A DNA stretch of 64,000 bases from Rozella allomycis CSF55 (lineage: Eukaryota), in contig KE560971.1 in assembly GCA_000442015.1 (NCBI GenBank), positions 1 to 64,000 on the forward strand, given 5' to 3'. Shown piece after piece: positions 1 to 12,410 of the stretch (position 1 is the stretch's first letter; each line of letters begins with the position of its first letter). The notes under the pieces were generated by a model. The model was not told the DNA's origin. It ran no database searches and saw nothing but the letters and a program-made list of their open reading frames with translations. The translations under genes were made by a program, and so were the position numbers.

Positions 1-3000
1 GACAATGGATGACCAATGATATTAGCAACCAGATCAATAGACTCATCAACAACCACTTTGTCTGCCAATTTCTTCAAGACTCTATTGTAATAATCAGCCA
101 ATTGTTTATAAACAAGATTATTTAAACTTTCAATTTCACTTAGCTGATTTGAATTGTTTAAACCAAGAGCGATTATTAAAGCCTTTTCAGCAGCCAGTTT
201 GATAGGCATAGAACGATCTTTGACCAAAGGAAAAACAATGTTGACTAGATTTGATAGATTATGTGAAACTAGAGAATGATTGTGAATAGCTAATTGTTGA
301 ATAAAGTGGAGTGATAATTTTTTGACTGAAATGTTGTCTTTTGAGCATTGATCTAGTAAAAGATTGAAATGGTTGTTGAATTTGTTTAATTTAAGTAAAT
401 TGAATAGGCAATGCAGAGATAATTCAACTGTTTCAATATTTTGATCTTGCAAACCACTTTGAATCAACTCAGAAGCTACAGAAGAAGATAGAGAAGCCAA
501 TAGATTATCAATTTTATCATTATCATTACAATTATTTCCCGTGGAACATAAAATGATTGATAGAGAAGCTTCTAAATTAACTTGATTTAAGTAACTAAAA
601 GAATCCACATTTAACAATGATAAACAATCAGCAGCCAACAACTTGAATCTAGAATTAAAAGATTTAACAATAAAATCCAAAATAGATTGTTTCGTTTTAT
701 CAGAAAGATTAACAGAATTAGAATTTACCAAAATTTGATGCAAAGCCAATAGAAAGTATTCCAGATTTGAATTATTAGAGATTAGCAATTGATTTGAATT
801 TTGAATTAAATCTAAAACAAGAAGATCTAATTTTGGTTGTAGGAGGGCTAATTTGCCTAGAAGAAAGGCTGATTGTTTCTTTATTAGAGAATTATTTTCA
901 GTGAGAGATTTTGAAAATGTTCGTAGCAGTTGAGGCAGAAATGGTTTTAAACTTGAAATTGATTTTTCAAATAGAATGTAGAAAGTTATTAAACAAGATA
1001 ATTTTAATGAATCTGGAATTCTTTCAGCCATTGTTCTAATCAACGGGCCCACCACAAGAGTTGGATTAAACTTTGAAGCGGGGGTTGAAATACTTCCACT
1101 ATTAACACCTTTAGCATCTCCATTAGCACTTGAAACATTTCCACTATTAACATCGTTACCACTTGAAACATTTCCACTTGCTAGTAGAATAAGTTTACCA
1201 AGTGATTTGATGGAATAATCTTTAATCTCAATACTAGACCCACTCAACAGCCCAAATGTACAAATAGAAATCAAAGGCCCAGGATTCAACAACTCTAACC
1301 CAAAAATAGCCTCTTTATTATTAATATTTGAATAAATAATTGGAATATAAACCTCTAATTCAGATTTAGGAAACTTCGAGATTAGATTAAGAATATTTAA
1401 AGATTTGTTCATTGTTTCAGTAAAAGAAAGAAAATCAATTAATTTTGAATACCAAAAGAGTTTATCTTGAATTAAATTAAACTTTTCACATTCAACAAAA
1501 CATTTTAAAAGTAAACAAGTTGATTCAGAATCTTCTTTTAGATTTTCATGCATAAAATTTGTAATAAATGTTAAATCTTGTGAATCTAAACAATTTGATA
1601 TTATTGCTTTTAATACAAATTCTACAGATTCATCTTTGAATGAACAAAGAAATCTTAAAATTAAATCTAATCTTTTATAAATCATGTTCATTTTCATTTC
1701 TTTTAATATCAATCCAAGAATTAAAACTTTGTTTCTATCTTTTATTAAATATTCTGGAATTATTTGTTGCAAAAGAAGAAATGGTTTTATTTTAGCTATT
1801 TGACACAACGCCAACAAATTATGTGACGAAAGTAATCTATCTACTTGAGAATTAAGAGAAGTAGCATCTTTGAGAGTACCATCATCACCTTTTCCTTCAA
1901 CCTCATCACCTTTCACTTCAATTCCTTCACCTTTACCTTCCCTCTCAACCTTTTCAACCCCCTCATCACCTTCAACTAATTCACTCATCATCTTTTTAAT
2001 CATCTTATTAACACTCTTCTCATCAAACTCTGCAATAAACTCCAACGCCATCGCCGCCTTCTCCCTCACAATCTCACACTCATCCAACAACGCCTTGCCC
2101 ACACACTCACTCAACACATCCACAAACACGCCAATCTGGTTAACATTGCAATTCTTCAACACTTCATTCAACGCACACACAGCCCCTATCCTCTTCATCT
2201 CCACACCATCCAGATTATCCATTATAATTGGGATAATCTTTTCAGTTACAAAGTCACCCAACTTTAACACTAGCTCGCCAACTGTTGATGCTGCTATTTG
2301 CTGCTTTTCGAATGAGTTTGAGGAGAGAAGGTCGATCACAAGGGAAAGCGTTTCGTTCAAGATTCTCTTGATCATGCGTGGGGAATTGGAAACTGAATTC
2401 TTCCAGATTATCAATGAGGCTTGTCTGACACTCAAGTTTACATCGAATCTTGAAATAAATAATTGTGATAGAATTAAATTTCTCTTTTCTAGTCCAAATA
2501 TCTTTTCCAGCCATCCATCATTCAATGTTTCTATTTGAAATTAAAGAATATGAATTACCATTTCTTTCTATATTGATATTTGAGCTCACTTCTCCCCCTT
2601 CAACTCTATCAACTTCTCCCCCTTCAACTTCTCCTCCCACTTCACCTTCTTTCTTAACTCCTTTAACTCTCCTCTTAATACCCTGCTCAATAACCTCTCC
2701 AATCAACTCCACACAACTCAGCCTAACCCTCCAATTCGCATCAAACCCATTCTCCAGCAGCTCAGGCACCAGCCTCTCCACCACAATGCCAAAATACCTC
2801 TCCACAATCATCCTACCGAGTCTAATAGCCATCTCCCTAATACTCTCCACCTCATCGCCAATCCCACCAACAACAACACCAACCATATCAACAACAAACG
2901 GCTCAAACGAACTCTTAAACGTCACCGGCAAATACAACAGCAAACTCATGAACCCTTCCCGCACACTGCTAGACACATGACACGTCATTTTAATAAACGC

Positions 3001-6000
3001 CGGCAACATTTCCCTCAGCTTGTCGATACCCAGTCCATAGATAATCTCGGATAACGCTTGAGCAGCACCTAAGCGGTCGACATTCAGCTGCGATTCGTTT
3101 AGTATTTTTAAAAGCTGTGGAATCAAATCTGCAAAATGCTCTTCGCCCAGTTTGTTTATTAGAGAGCCGAATGCTTTTGCTGAAATGGAACGGACATCTG
3201 GATTTGGATCTGATAGCATCTCTTTCAAGTTTGGAACTATTTGCGGCAGGTACAAGACAAAATCATTCTTTTCAGTTAAAGTGCACATGTTGGATACGAT
3301 ATGCGCTGCCTTTTTCTTGATTTCAGCGCTTCGTTCTTTTAAACCTCGTTGGATGATTGGAATTAAGAGGGCTAGTGAAGGTGGGTCAATGTAGTGAATA
3401 AATGTTGTTTCCATTAGAGCTTTTAGTGATGTTTCAGTTTGGTTGTTTGGATCGCTTAAACCTTTTAATAGAATTGGGCCAAGGGTTTGTATTTCTGGGT
3501 TTCTTATAACTGAAGTAAAATTTTCTAATGCTTTCTTTGCTGCTTCTTGGACATTAATGTGTGAATCATTTAAAACGTTTGCTATTTCTGGGATTATAAT
3601 TGGAAGATTTATAGACAATTGTTTTGGTGCCAAGAACGCCATTTGACCTTTAATAAAGTTTAAATATTGCTATTTACCTAGAATAAAGTTAAAACTTTAT
3701 CATTTACCTAGAATAAAGTTTAAACATCATTATTTACCTAATAGTTCAACACTTGCTTTCTTTGATCTCCATTGAGACTCTTTTAAACCATTCAATAGAA
3801 ACGGTAGAATAATTTTAACACAATGAGAACTGAGATTACTCATGATAATTCTGGATGTTAATTGAGCAGTGTTTCTAACTTGAATATTAGAATCACCAAA
3901 AGCTAATAATAAATTTGTTAATATTTGTGAGATGAATGGCTCAAATAATCTACCAAGGGTTTTAGATAACATTTCATATGCTATTAATGCACCTTGTCTG
4001 TGTTCAGAGTTTTTACTTTCAATAGCCAATTTTAATTCATTTAAAACATTCAATTCTTTCAAACACGAAATACCTATTATACTTGTAAATAGTATAAATT
4101 ACCTAGTTTTAACATTCAAATCATTTAATTACCTAAACCTTTGACTATTGATGATATTCCGTATGCACAACCTCTCTTGATAAAATATTCTTGTTCATCT
4201 TTTAATTTGTTTAAAAGAAGAGATAAAAGATTTATAGATTCATTTTTAATATTCTTGACTAGGGGGATTAAACATTGACTAGCAGCAAATTGAACAGATT
4301 CAGAACTAGTATTTAAACAATCAGCTATCAATAGTAAAATATTATTTAATCGTTCATCTCCTGGATTTAAATTCTTTGAAACTGATCCCAACAATATAAC
4401 GATCCCCCTAGTGGCAGGTGATGAAGTAGGTGGAGTAGTGGCATTCTTAACGCTTGAAGCATTATTACTTGAGCCATTACTTCTTAACCCATTACTTTTT
4501 GGTTCACTCTCACCATTACTAGCAATGGTTAAAAGATTGTTGAATAGATTTAACAAGTCTCGCAGTGCTCGTTAACTGGACGGGGAGGTATTCTAATAAA
4601 TATNGATCTAGATGATTCTTTCCATGATACTCAATAATAGTCAAACCAGCATTCAACATTTCTTCAACAACTTTATCATTCTCATCATTAAAAGCATTTG
4701 GAACAAAATTAAAGAAATTCAAAATATTTTCAGAATCTAAAAATTCACTCGACAGTTTAATCGCTTCAGCTAAACAAATTCTCGCATTGAAATTCAAATC
4801 AATATTTTCACTTTTAATTTCCATTCCAAATTCATCCAATCTCTTTTCTTTCCTTGTCAATTCAAAATAAAATGAAATCAATTCATTCAAAATAAATTTC
4901 ATTCTTTCTGGATTCTCTTTAATTCCAACAGCAATTGATTTTGAACAACTTTTTCTTATCACTTCAATTTCATTGTTCATCAATTCTTTATAAACAAAAT
5001 TCTCATCAATTTCAAATTCATTCTTTATCCAAATCTCTCTTGCTATTCTACAATTATCTTTATCACTCTCATTCATCAACACAAACATCACCTCTGTAAT
5101 TCTCTTGTTAAATCTCAAATTAAACTTTTCTAATCCCAACAAGCAAATCTGTCTAACATATGAATTATCATTAAACAATCCATCAACCAAATGAAGTTGA
5201 AGTTGACGAGAGTTATCAAGTTGAAGAGAGTGATCATTGGAAAGAGAGGCATCATTCGAAAGAGAGGCATCATTGGAAAGAGAATTATCATTATCACCTT
5301 CAACATTACCACCTTCAACTCTACATTCAACTCTACTATCACCTTCACCCTCTCCCTTTCCATATCCTCCCTTTCCATCTCCCCTCTCCACTTCAGTAAT
5401 AAGGTCACATGACTTTAATATAATCTCTTTACACTCTTTAACAAATCTTGGCTCCTTTTTCATAACATCAATAATCAATTTAATAAACAAAGATCTCGGC
5501 AAACTCTCCTCCTTCATCAAACTCAAATTATTCAAACAAATTTCAATCAAACTATTCAAATACTTGAATTCATCTTTAATCATTTCAAACAAATAAACAT
5601 AAAATATAAAACAAACAACATCCATCTTTATCTCCTTTATCTCCTCCACAACAACTCTTATCAAATCTTCAACCCTAGATGCTAAATTCATCTCAAAGCC
5701 TTTCAGTTTCATCAAAATAATCAAAATAAATCTACAAACTCTTTTTATTTCTTCTTCTTTACTCAACTCGCAAAATAACATCAAACATTCTTTAACACTA
5801 ATAACATCCTTGTCAAATTTCATCAATTCTTTATAAAAATAATTCACATCCCTTTCAACCTCTGCATTTAAAATTGATTGCTTAATTAAATTCAAACAAA
5901 TTTCTTTTTCTAAATAAACTTTCTCAACTTTATCTTTAATTTGCTTCTCTTTCATCAATTGCTCTTTAATCAGTCTTTCTTCTTCTTTGCTCTTCTTCAT

Positions 6001-7571
6001 TTGCTTCATTTTTATTCTCTTTTCCCAATCTTCTTCATTTCCATCATTTTGTTGATTTCCTTCTTTAATACTACTTTCAAATGGCTCTTCTCCTTTATGC
6101 TTCCAAATCTTCTTTTCTATTTCTGAAATTTCAGGAATATTCTTTAATCTTTTTTTAACAAAATTTAAAACAATCTCATAAACTTCTCTTCTCTTTAAAA
6201 ATAATCCCAATGATTCGAAATAACAATCTCTTATAAATTCATTCTTATTAAATATTCCCTTTTCATTAAAAAACACTGGTTCAATCTGTTCATATCCTTT
6301 ATCTATTGACTCTACAATCAATTTAATGTATCTTCTAGTCTTTTCAAACAATATCCCACTGCTTGACACTACCATCAATCTCTCCTCAATCCCCTCACTC
6401 TTGTCAGAATTTATAATTGAAAATATTATTCTTGTCAATCTATCACTGAAACTTGATGTTCCAATGGTATTTTCATCAATGTATTTAATTAATTCTTGTC
6501 CACATTCAATCATCCCACAATTCAAATACAATTCAACTCTTCTTGGTTCAATAAACTTTCCCTGCTCCAAATTCAAAAACACTCTAAAGAATATCCCAAC
6601 AGTTTCCTTGCTAATCATCTTCTTCACATTCTCATCTTTCAAAATCTCTTCCAAACACTTCAACACCCTAAAATTACTCTTCTTTATTAAACTCTTGTCT
6701 TGAAAATACTCTTTTTTAAAACAATTGACATAAACCTGCTCTCCTTGTCCCACCAGTATCATAATTCCAATCGCAAACAATCCCTCAACAGAGCATCCCT
6801 TCATCACCAATTCTTTCAATCCCTTCAAATCAATCTTTTCAATTCCGATCATCCCTCTCTTCACCATCATAAACATCAGCTGCAGCATCCATCCCCTATA
6901 CCTCTCCTGCTTCATCAACCCAAAACTATCCACAAACTTGCCAACATCAACATCCCCCTCCCTCTTCCCAACAATCTCACTCAGTATCATAAACACCAGC
7001 CCAACAACCACATCATTCGTCTCTCGCCCAACCATCCCAATCAACCGGCCAAAATACTCCCAATCAACACCTCCCCTCCCATCCCGCACAACAACCATCG
7101 CAGCTTCAAGCACACTAATCTTCACATCAACTACACTCACACTCTTGCTCAAATACATCCCCAAAACACCCGCAAACACATCCTCTAAATTACCAGCGCG
7201 GCGCACAATAATCCCCAAATTTTCAACAGCCAAACGTCTCACTTCTACATTACTCGCCTTCAACAAGGACACATAGCTCTTCAAAAAGGATCCACCAACT
7301 TTGGTGCCTACTCGCACATGTTGCCATATACTCTTCACGTCTACTAACAAACAGGTAATATTCTTACAGTATAGACCAGTATCCGCATTACGCAACAACT
7401 GCTTTTCTAAAGAAGCTTGCAAAGTCTCATACTCAGAGTCGCGCAACGTACGGAAAAACGTCTTGAACGGTTTCTGTGTTAGAAAATACATTTATTTACT
7501 AGACTGTTGTATGGCTTGGTTATCAGATTTTGGACTAGAGATAGTCGCTCCTCTCTTGTGCCCTTGGACAT
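1..7571 (-). CDS. GCN1: GCN1 HEAT-repeat translational activator; multi-exon, 3' end runs off the window
   Basis: Spliced translation gives GCN1 motifs WRSKKASVELLG|QMAFLAPKQLS, FIHYIDPPSLALLIPIIQRGLKERS, DRLGAAQALSE and WRVRLSCVELIG. Probable start MSKGTREE at 7571. Interrupted by an N at 4604. Confidence 0.92.
3648..3737 (-). other. Compound intron: three abutting 30-nt GT..AG units (tandem repeat)
   Basis: Minus strand gtaaataatgatgtttaaactttattctag / gtaaatgataaagttttaactttattctag / gtaaatagcaatatttaaactttattaaag. Removing all 90 nt restores VELLG-QMAFLAP. Confidence 0.9.
4074..4132 (-). other. Compound intron: two abutting GT..AG units (30 + 29 nt)
   Basis: gtaattaaatgatttgaatgttaaaactag / gtaatttatactatttacaagtataatag. 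Removal restores VKGLG-ISCLKEL. Confidence 0.85.
4553..4603. repeat. Dispersed ~50-bp repeat next to an assembly N, possibly a mobile-element end
   Basis: acaagtctcgcagtgctcgttaa..ggacggggag..ttctaataa recurs at 45265-45312; both copies end at an N. Confidence 0.75.
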
Positions 7572-7690
7572 GCAAACCAGGGTTCAAAGTAACGAATCGG
7601 GTTTACATTGAAATAATTTTAAATGATTAGTTTATTAATATTTGGTTTTAGAGAATAATAATTTCATTTTATTTCAGATTGGTTTAAAAG

Positions 7691-10511
7691 TTAAATACAG
7701 TCGTAGTAGACTTCTTTCGATTTCACATCATCCTCCGCTAGTTCATTGCAACTAGCATACATTTCAGAATCTATCATAAAACAAAATATAAACTTACTAT
7801 CCTCTGTCAATCCAAGCTCAGATAACAACCTCTCAACTTTTTCATCATCATTCAACGGAAACTCTTCAATCTTTGTATAAAACTTAGTTCCAACAACCTT
7901 TATAACTTGTTCCAAAGTCTCATAAACTATAGCATCAGGCAATTCAATACAATAACGCTCACTCTTGCTCCTTCCAACAAACAGAAACCGGCTATCATAA
8001 TACACTAAACTGTGCTCATCAAAATAGCTATTAAGCGGGATCCTGCAATTCTTATGCGCCATCAAACACACCCTCAATCGACCACATCCTCCCTGCACAT
8101 ATACGGACATCTGACACTTCATTGAAAATTTACCAAGCAACTTTGAACTGTAGCACTGGAAGACAAGCTTATCGTCGGTAATATCAGTGTCATCGGAAAT
8201 AAACTCGCTCGACTGCAGATAATTGTAGCACTCCTTTTCATCTTCAACCGCATCCACATCTTCTACAAATTTCAAAACATTCACAGGCTTGCTCTTTTCA
8301 TCACGGACTTGGGCAATTGCATTGAACACTTGGTCGCGGATCGATTGCTCCTTGAAGTGCACAAGATAATTTGTCGCGATGCCATTATTGTTTGGACAGC
8401 TGATGAAGAATCGCTTCGATTCGTGCATTATTATTTGGAATATTTGGTTGACCCAGATATTGATTATGTGGCGGCCGGATTGCTCTTGCGTGAATAGCAG
8501 TTGGTGGCGGCCGGTTGTCGAACGTAGTTTTATCGTGCAGATGCCAACTTCATCGTATTCTACAGAGAGGTCATTTTTCTTGGCTATATAGAGCCGACAG
8601 CGTGCAGAATTTATTAAGCAGTCTGGCGAATGGTCGTCGGTTTCCTGTAAGAGATTGTCGAGCCATGGCAAGGTGCCTTCAAACATGGAGATAACCTTGG
8701 GGACTTTGGCTTCTTTCTCAGTTGATGCCTCGATAACTGGCTCTTCTTTTTGCTTGTTTCTCAGAACGCTTTGCCTTTCTGTGATACGTCTGATCCAAAA
8801 ACTTTTCACGTCGGCATTTTTTGATAATAAAATACACATGAAATCATTTTCCATGTTAATTTGGAGTGCATTTTGTGATTCTATGTTATGATGGGTTATC
8901 CCTTACGAGGTGAATCAGGAATGTCAAGAAGAGTAATGTGATTCAGAGAGATTGGCTTCCATTTAATAAAATACTTTCCTTTATTCTTATGTAAAAAGAC
9001 TAGCTGTGAAGGCGTTAAGACCAAAAGAATCTTTTCAAGATGTTTTTCTTTTGTGTTGGTTTGAAACTCTAGAAACTTTTCTTTTGCGAGTATTCTATGT
9101 TCATCCATTATTTTTGAAAGCTCTTTGTTAGAAATGAACCTAGGTATTTCAGGAAATAGTTTGTTAAAGTAAGGATCCTATCATGTGCCTATCTTGCAAT
9201 TTACTGGCTCAATTTCTCTTTTAAGATTTTCCATGTCTGATCGCATTATTGTCAGCAATTTTCTTTCATCAATTTGGAGAAATAAGTCCTTGAGCAACTT
9301 TTCTATAGCTTTTAGGTTCTCGACATCGGGAAAATGATCTGGGACATCTCTGACAATGGACTATTATAAATTGATTCCTCTATTACTTGACATAATTCTT
9401 GATAATATTTCAATCGAGTATAAATATCGTGCAACATTTTGATTAAGCGTTTACATTTCCGAACGTCAGTACTTTCTCTTTCTAAGCCTTTCGAGATTTC
9501 ACTTTTTTCTCCAAGAACGATAGTGTAAATTTGGAATGTGCTTTTTATCTAACATTTATGATAAAAATAGTTACTAGTTTTGCAATGAGCGTGGACCCAT
9601 CGTTGATGAAATAGCTGTTTCGATAAAGACTTTCAAAGCTCTTGACTACAATCAATATTTTTACATACTTTATAAAACACTTCATGTTCCTTGAGTAAAT
9701 TAAACGCCATTAAACTTAATTCAACTAAGTTCATATCATCTTGTATCTACTTCAGGTAACATAAACTATTTACAGATTTCATATCTTTTAACATTTTAAT
9801 ATAGTTTTCTTCCGTTTGGAATAGCCTATAGTATGCTTCCTGCCTAATCGAGTCCTTTTCAATATCGGCCTCTTCCTCTCTTTGATCTTTCAAAACTTTC
9901 TCATAATCCGCGTCAATTTTCCAATCCTATATTATCTTATGTAAGTATATACTCGAAGAACAAATTCTTGTAATTCTTCTACTTCTTGCTCATCAAAACT
10001 GAATATTTTGCTAGACGGTCTAGAGATGCTAAGCTTGGATTCTTTTGAAAAACTAATTTTCCCTGAAAATATGTTTTTGGCTTTCTTTGACCAAAAAAGA
10101 GTTTTGATTACGAGATCGATCTGATACTTCTAATGGAGCCTGATGGTGAAATAGATCTAGGGTTGTCATCTATTTTCTTTATTATTAAAAACCTTTCGAC
10201 TTACTGTGTTGGCTGTGTTTAAAGAAGTCCTAGAACTTGAAAGAGAACTAATACCAAATATCCTTTTGGCGCGATTAGCCTCACTAAAATAAAGACATAA
10301 AGCTTACTTTCGGCTCGGCCTTCAGATGCTCCAATCCTTCATTTCCAATTAGTGAAGAGTTGGGAGATGTCTGCCGGCTACTATTTAAAGATGACAATAA
10401 TTTGGATTTCAAAGAAGATGACCATTTTTTCTCATCGATATTACTGTTAATTGATCTTTGGAATTTAGATTTGGTGCTGCTTTCTTTAAGATCAAATATT
10501 CTCTCTTCCAT
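7691..10511 (-). CDS. DH-PH RhoGEF-like protein, multi-exon
   Basis: DH-like segments RQEAYYRLFQTEENYIKML and RLKYYQELCQSIVRDVPDHFPD, followed by PH-like RILAKE..LVLTPSQLVFL..KWKPISL. Confidence 0.7.
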
Positions 10512-10590
10512 CGGAGAAAATCAGTTGTTTATTAATATTGACAAGTACAAAAGCCCGACCAATAAAAAATAGAAAAATAGGTAAATAAAT

Positions 10591-11467
10591 TTATAATTCA
10601 GGTTTTTCTTTTATATTATTATTATCATGTACGACTGAGGCTTTCTTAATGTACTCCTTTATGTATTTCTTCAATTCCTTGGCCTTCATTTCTCCAGAAT
10701 AAATTTCCGGGGATTTATCTTTACTATTCTTAAAGAACAAGATTGTTGGAAACGATTCAACCTTAAATTCATTCACTAAAACATCGTCTTTGTTGCTCAC
10801 AAACCCAAAGATTGCCTTTTTATAGAAATCAGCGGACAAGGCTTTAAAAAGGAAAGGAACAGAAGCTTTATCAGAAAAAAGGATGATTCTTGGCTTATCA
10901 GAGTTCTGTTAACAACAATGACATTTATCTTACTTTTCCATCATCAAAAAACTTTGACGCAGCTAATGAGCTTTTTTCTTCAGTGGGTTTCGATGTCAAA
11001 GTTTTTACAAAGCTTTGAATATTGCTCTTGATAAAGTTCTCAATATCTTTAGCCTTTCGTGGCCCTTGGTAATCTCATATCAGTTGACTAGAATCTTTAC
11101 CTATTGAATATTTGGATACTTTCGCTCTGGTAGTCTTTTTCGTGTTTGTTTTGAATAGCTTTATTGTTGGAAAGCCTTTTATATTATATTCTGAGCATAT
11201 TCCTTTATTTTTTTCCTCATCACAATTCACTGCAGTGATTTGAATTAAATTCTTAAGATTTTTGGCAGCCTTTTGGTATTCAGGAGCAAGTGCTTTGCAG
11301 TGACCACACCATGGGGCATAGAATTCCACTAAGGCCAATGACGCTGACTCTAAAACTCTCTTGGAAAAATTTTTGGGGCTTAAGGAGATGACTGTCGAAC
11401 TAGAATCATAAAGTCCGCAGTAAATCGATGTTATAAAAAAACAAAGTTGAAGAACAAGTTGAAACAT
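10591..11467 (-). CDS. Protein disulfide isomerase (PDIA6/MPD1-like), 2 introns
   Basis: Signal peptide, VEFYAPWCGHCKALAPEY active site, C-terminal KPEL ER-retention-like motif. Confidence 0.9.
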
Positions 11468-11512
11468 AAAACCAAAATCCGAAATTCTACAATTTACAAA
11501 TCACGTTTTATA

Positions 11513-12282
11513 TTAGGTCCACTTAGTGTCATATTTAGCAGTAGGACTTTTTGTAGTATAGGGCAAATACTGTGAAAGTTTAAAAGAGTCGGACTCGCGA
11601 CAATTATCTTCTAACAGTTTTTCTATACTTGGCGCGTATTCTAAAATATTAACATTAGGATCTATATTCTCAAATGAACAATCTCCATCGCTTCTTTCAG
11701 TTTCTATTCGTTCATGACTTAATTCAGACTGCATATCATCCCGGTCATCTTCTTCCGATACTGTCTCATGTATCACATCTAATGATGGAGGCTTTGATAA
11801 TCTTATTAAGAAAACAACAAAGTTCCACCTTTTAAATACTCTAGAATTATTTGTTTTATCAGTCCTCTGATATGTGGATTCATACATGTAAGAGTTTTTG
11901 ATACTGGAATCTATGAACATCTTTTTAATGACTATATTAATGCATTACACGATTCTCAATTTTTGCTTCTTTGAGTCTATGCTCTAAGCAATAAACGACC
12001 TCATCTACGTAGTTCAAGAAATTCTTTAGCTAAACAAATATTTAGAATGGATTTTACAACACTATTAGAACTATATTGATCGATTAACAATGAATTAATT
12101 TTTTCTAATTGCTCCAGATTTTGATTTTGCAATGCAACTTTTTCCTCTTGTAGTTTTCTGGAAAATGCCTTATACGCGGACGCTTCCTTTGCAAGTCGGT
12201 GGTTTATAAGCATTAATTTGGAATCTTTATTTGATTCTCCATTCTTTTTGTTTGGACGAGGAAGCATCATGACCGGGGTCAT
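11513..12282 (-). CDS. Hypothetical protein with N-terminal coiled coil (weak shugoshin-N resemblance)
   Basis: ORFs joined in frame by 25- and 28-nt GT-AG introns; N-terminal NHRLAKEASAYKAFSRKLQEEKVALQNQN. No SGO basic motif seen. Confidence 0.45.
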
Positions 12283-12410
12283 TCATGACAAAGCACCCGC
12301 CATTACATTTTCTTGAGTATATTCAATTCAAATAAGAAATCTTGCTTATAAGTTGATATTTAATAAGATTGTTTATTTTATCAAAAAATGTTTAATAAAG
12401 GTATTAAAAG

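Noticed and set aside
1870-2980. Long Ser/Pro/Thr-rich plus-strand ORFs (also 5237-7276)
   Set aside because: Antisense shadows of GCN1 caused by local C-rich skew; no independent protein features.
3648-3737. 30-bp periodic repeat as a CRISPR-like array
   Set aside because: Only three units, no true spacers or cas genes, eukaryotic context; it coincides exactly with a GCN1 intron.
10080-10204. Possible non-canonical intron in the RhoGEF N-terminus
   Set aside because: A canonical solution exists (35- and 31-nt GT-AG introns) and the low-complexity protein cannot discriminate between models.
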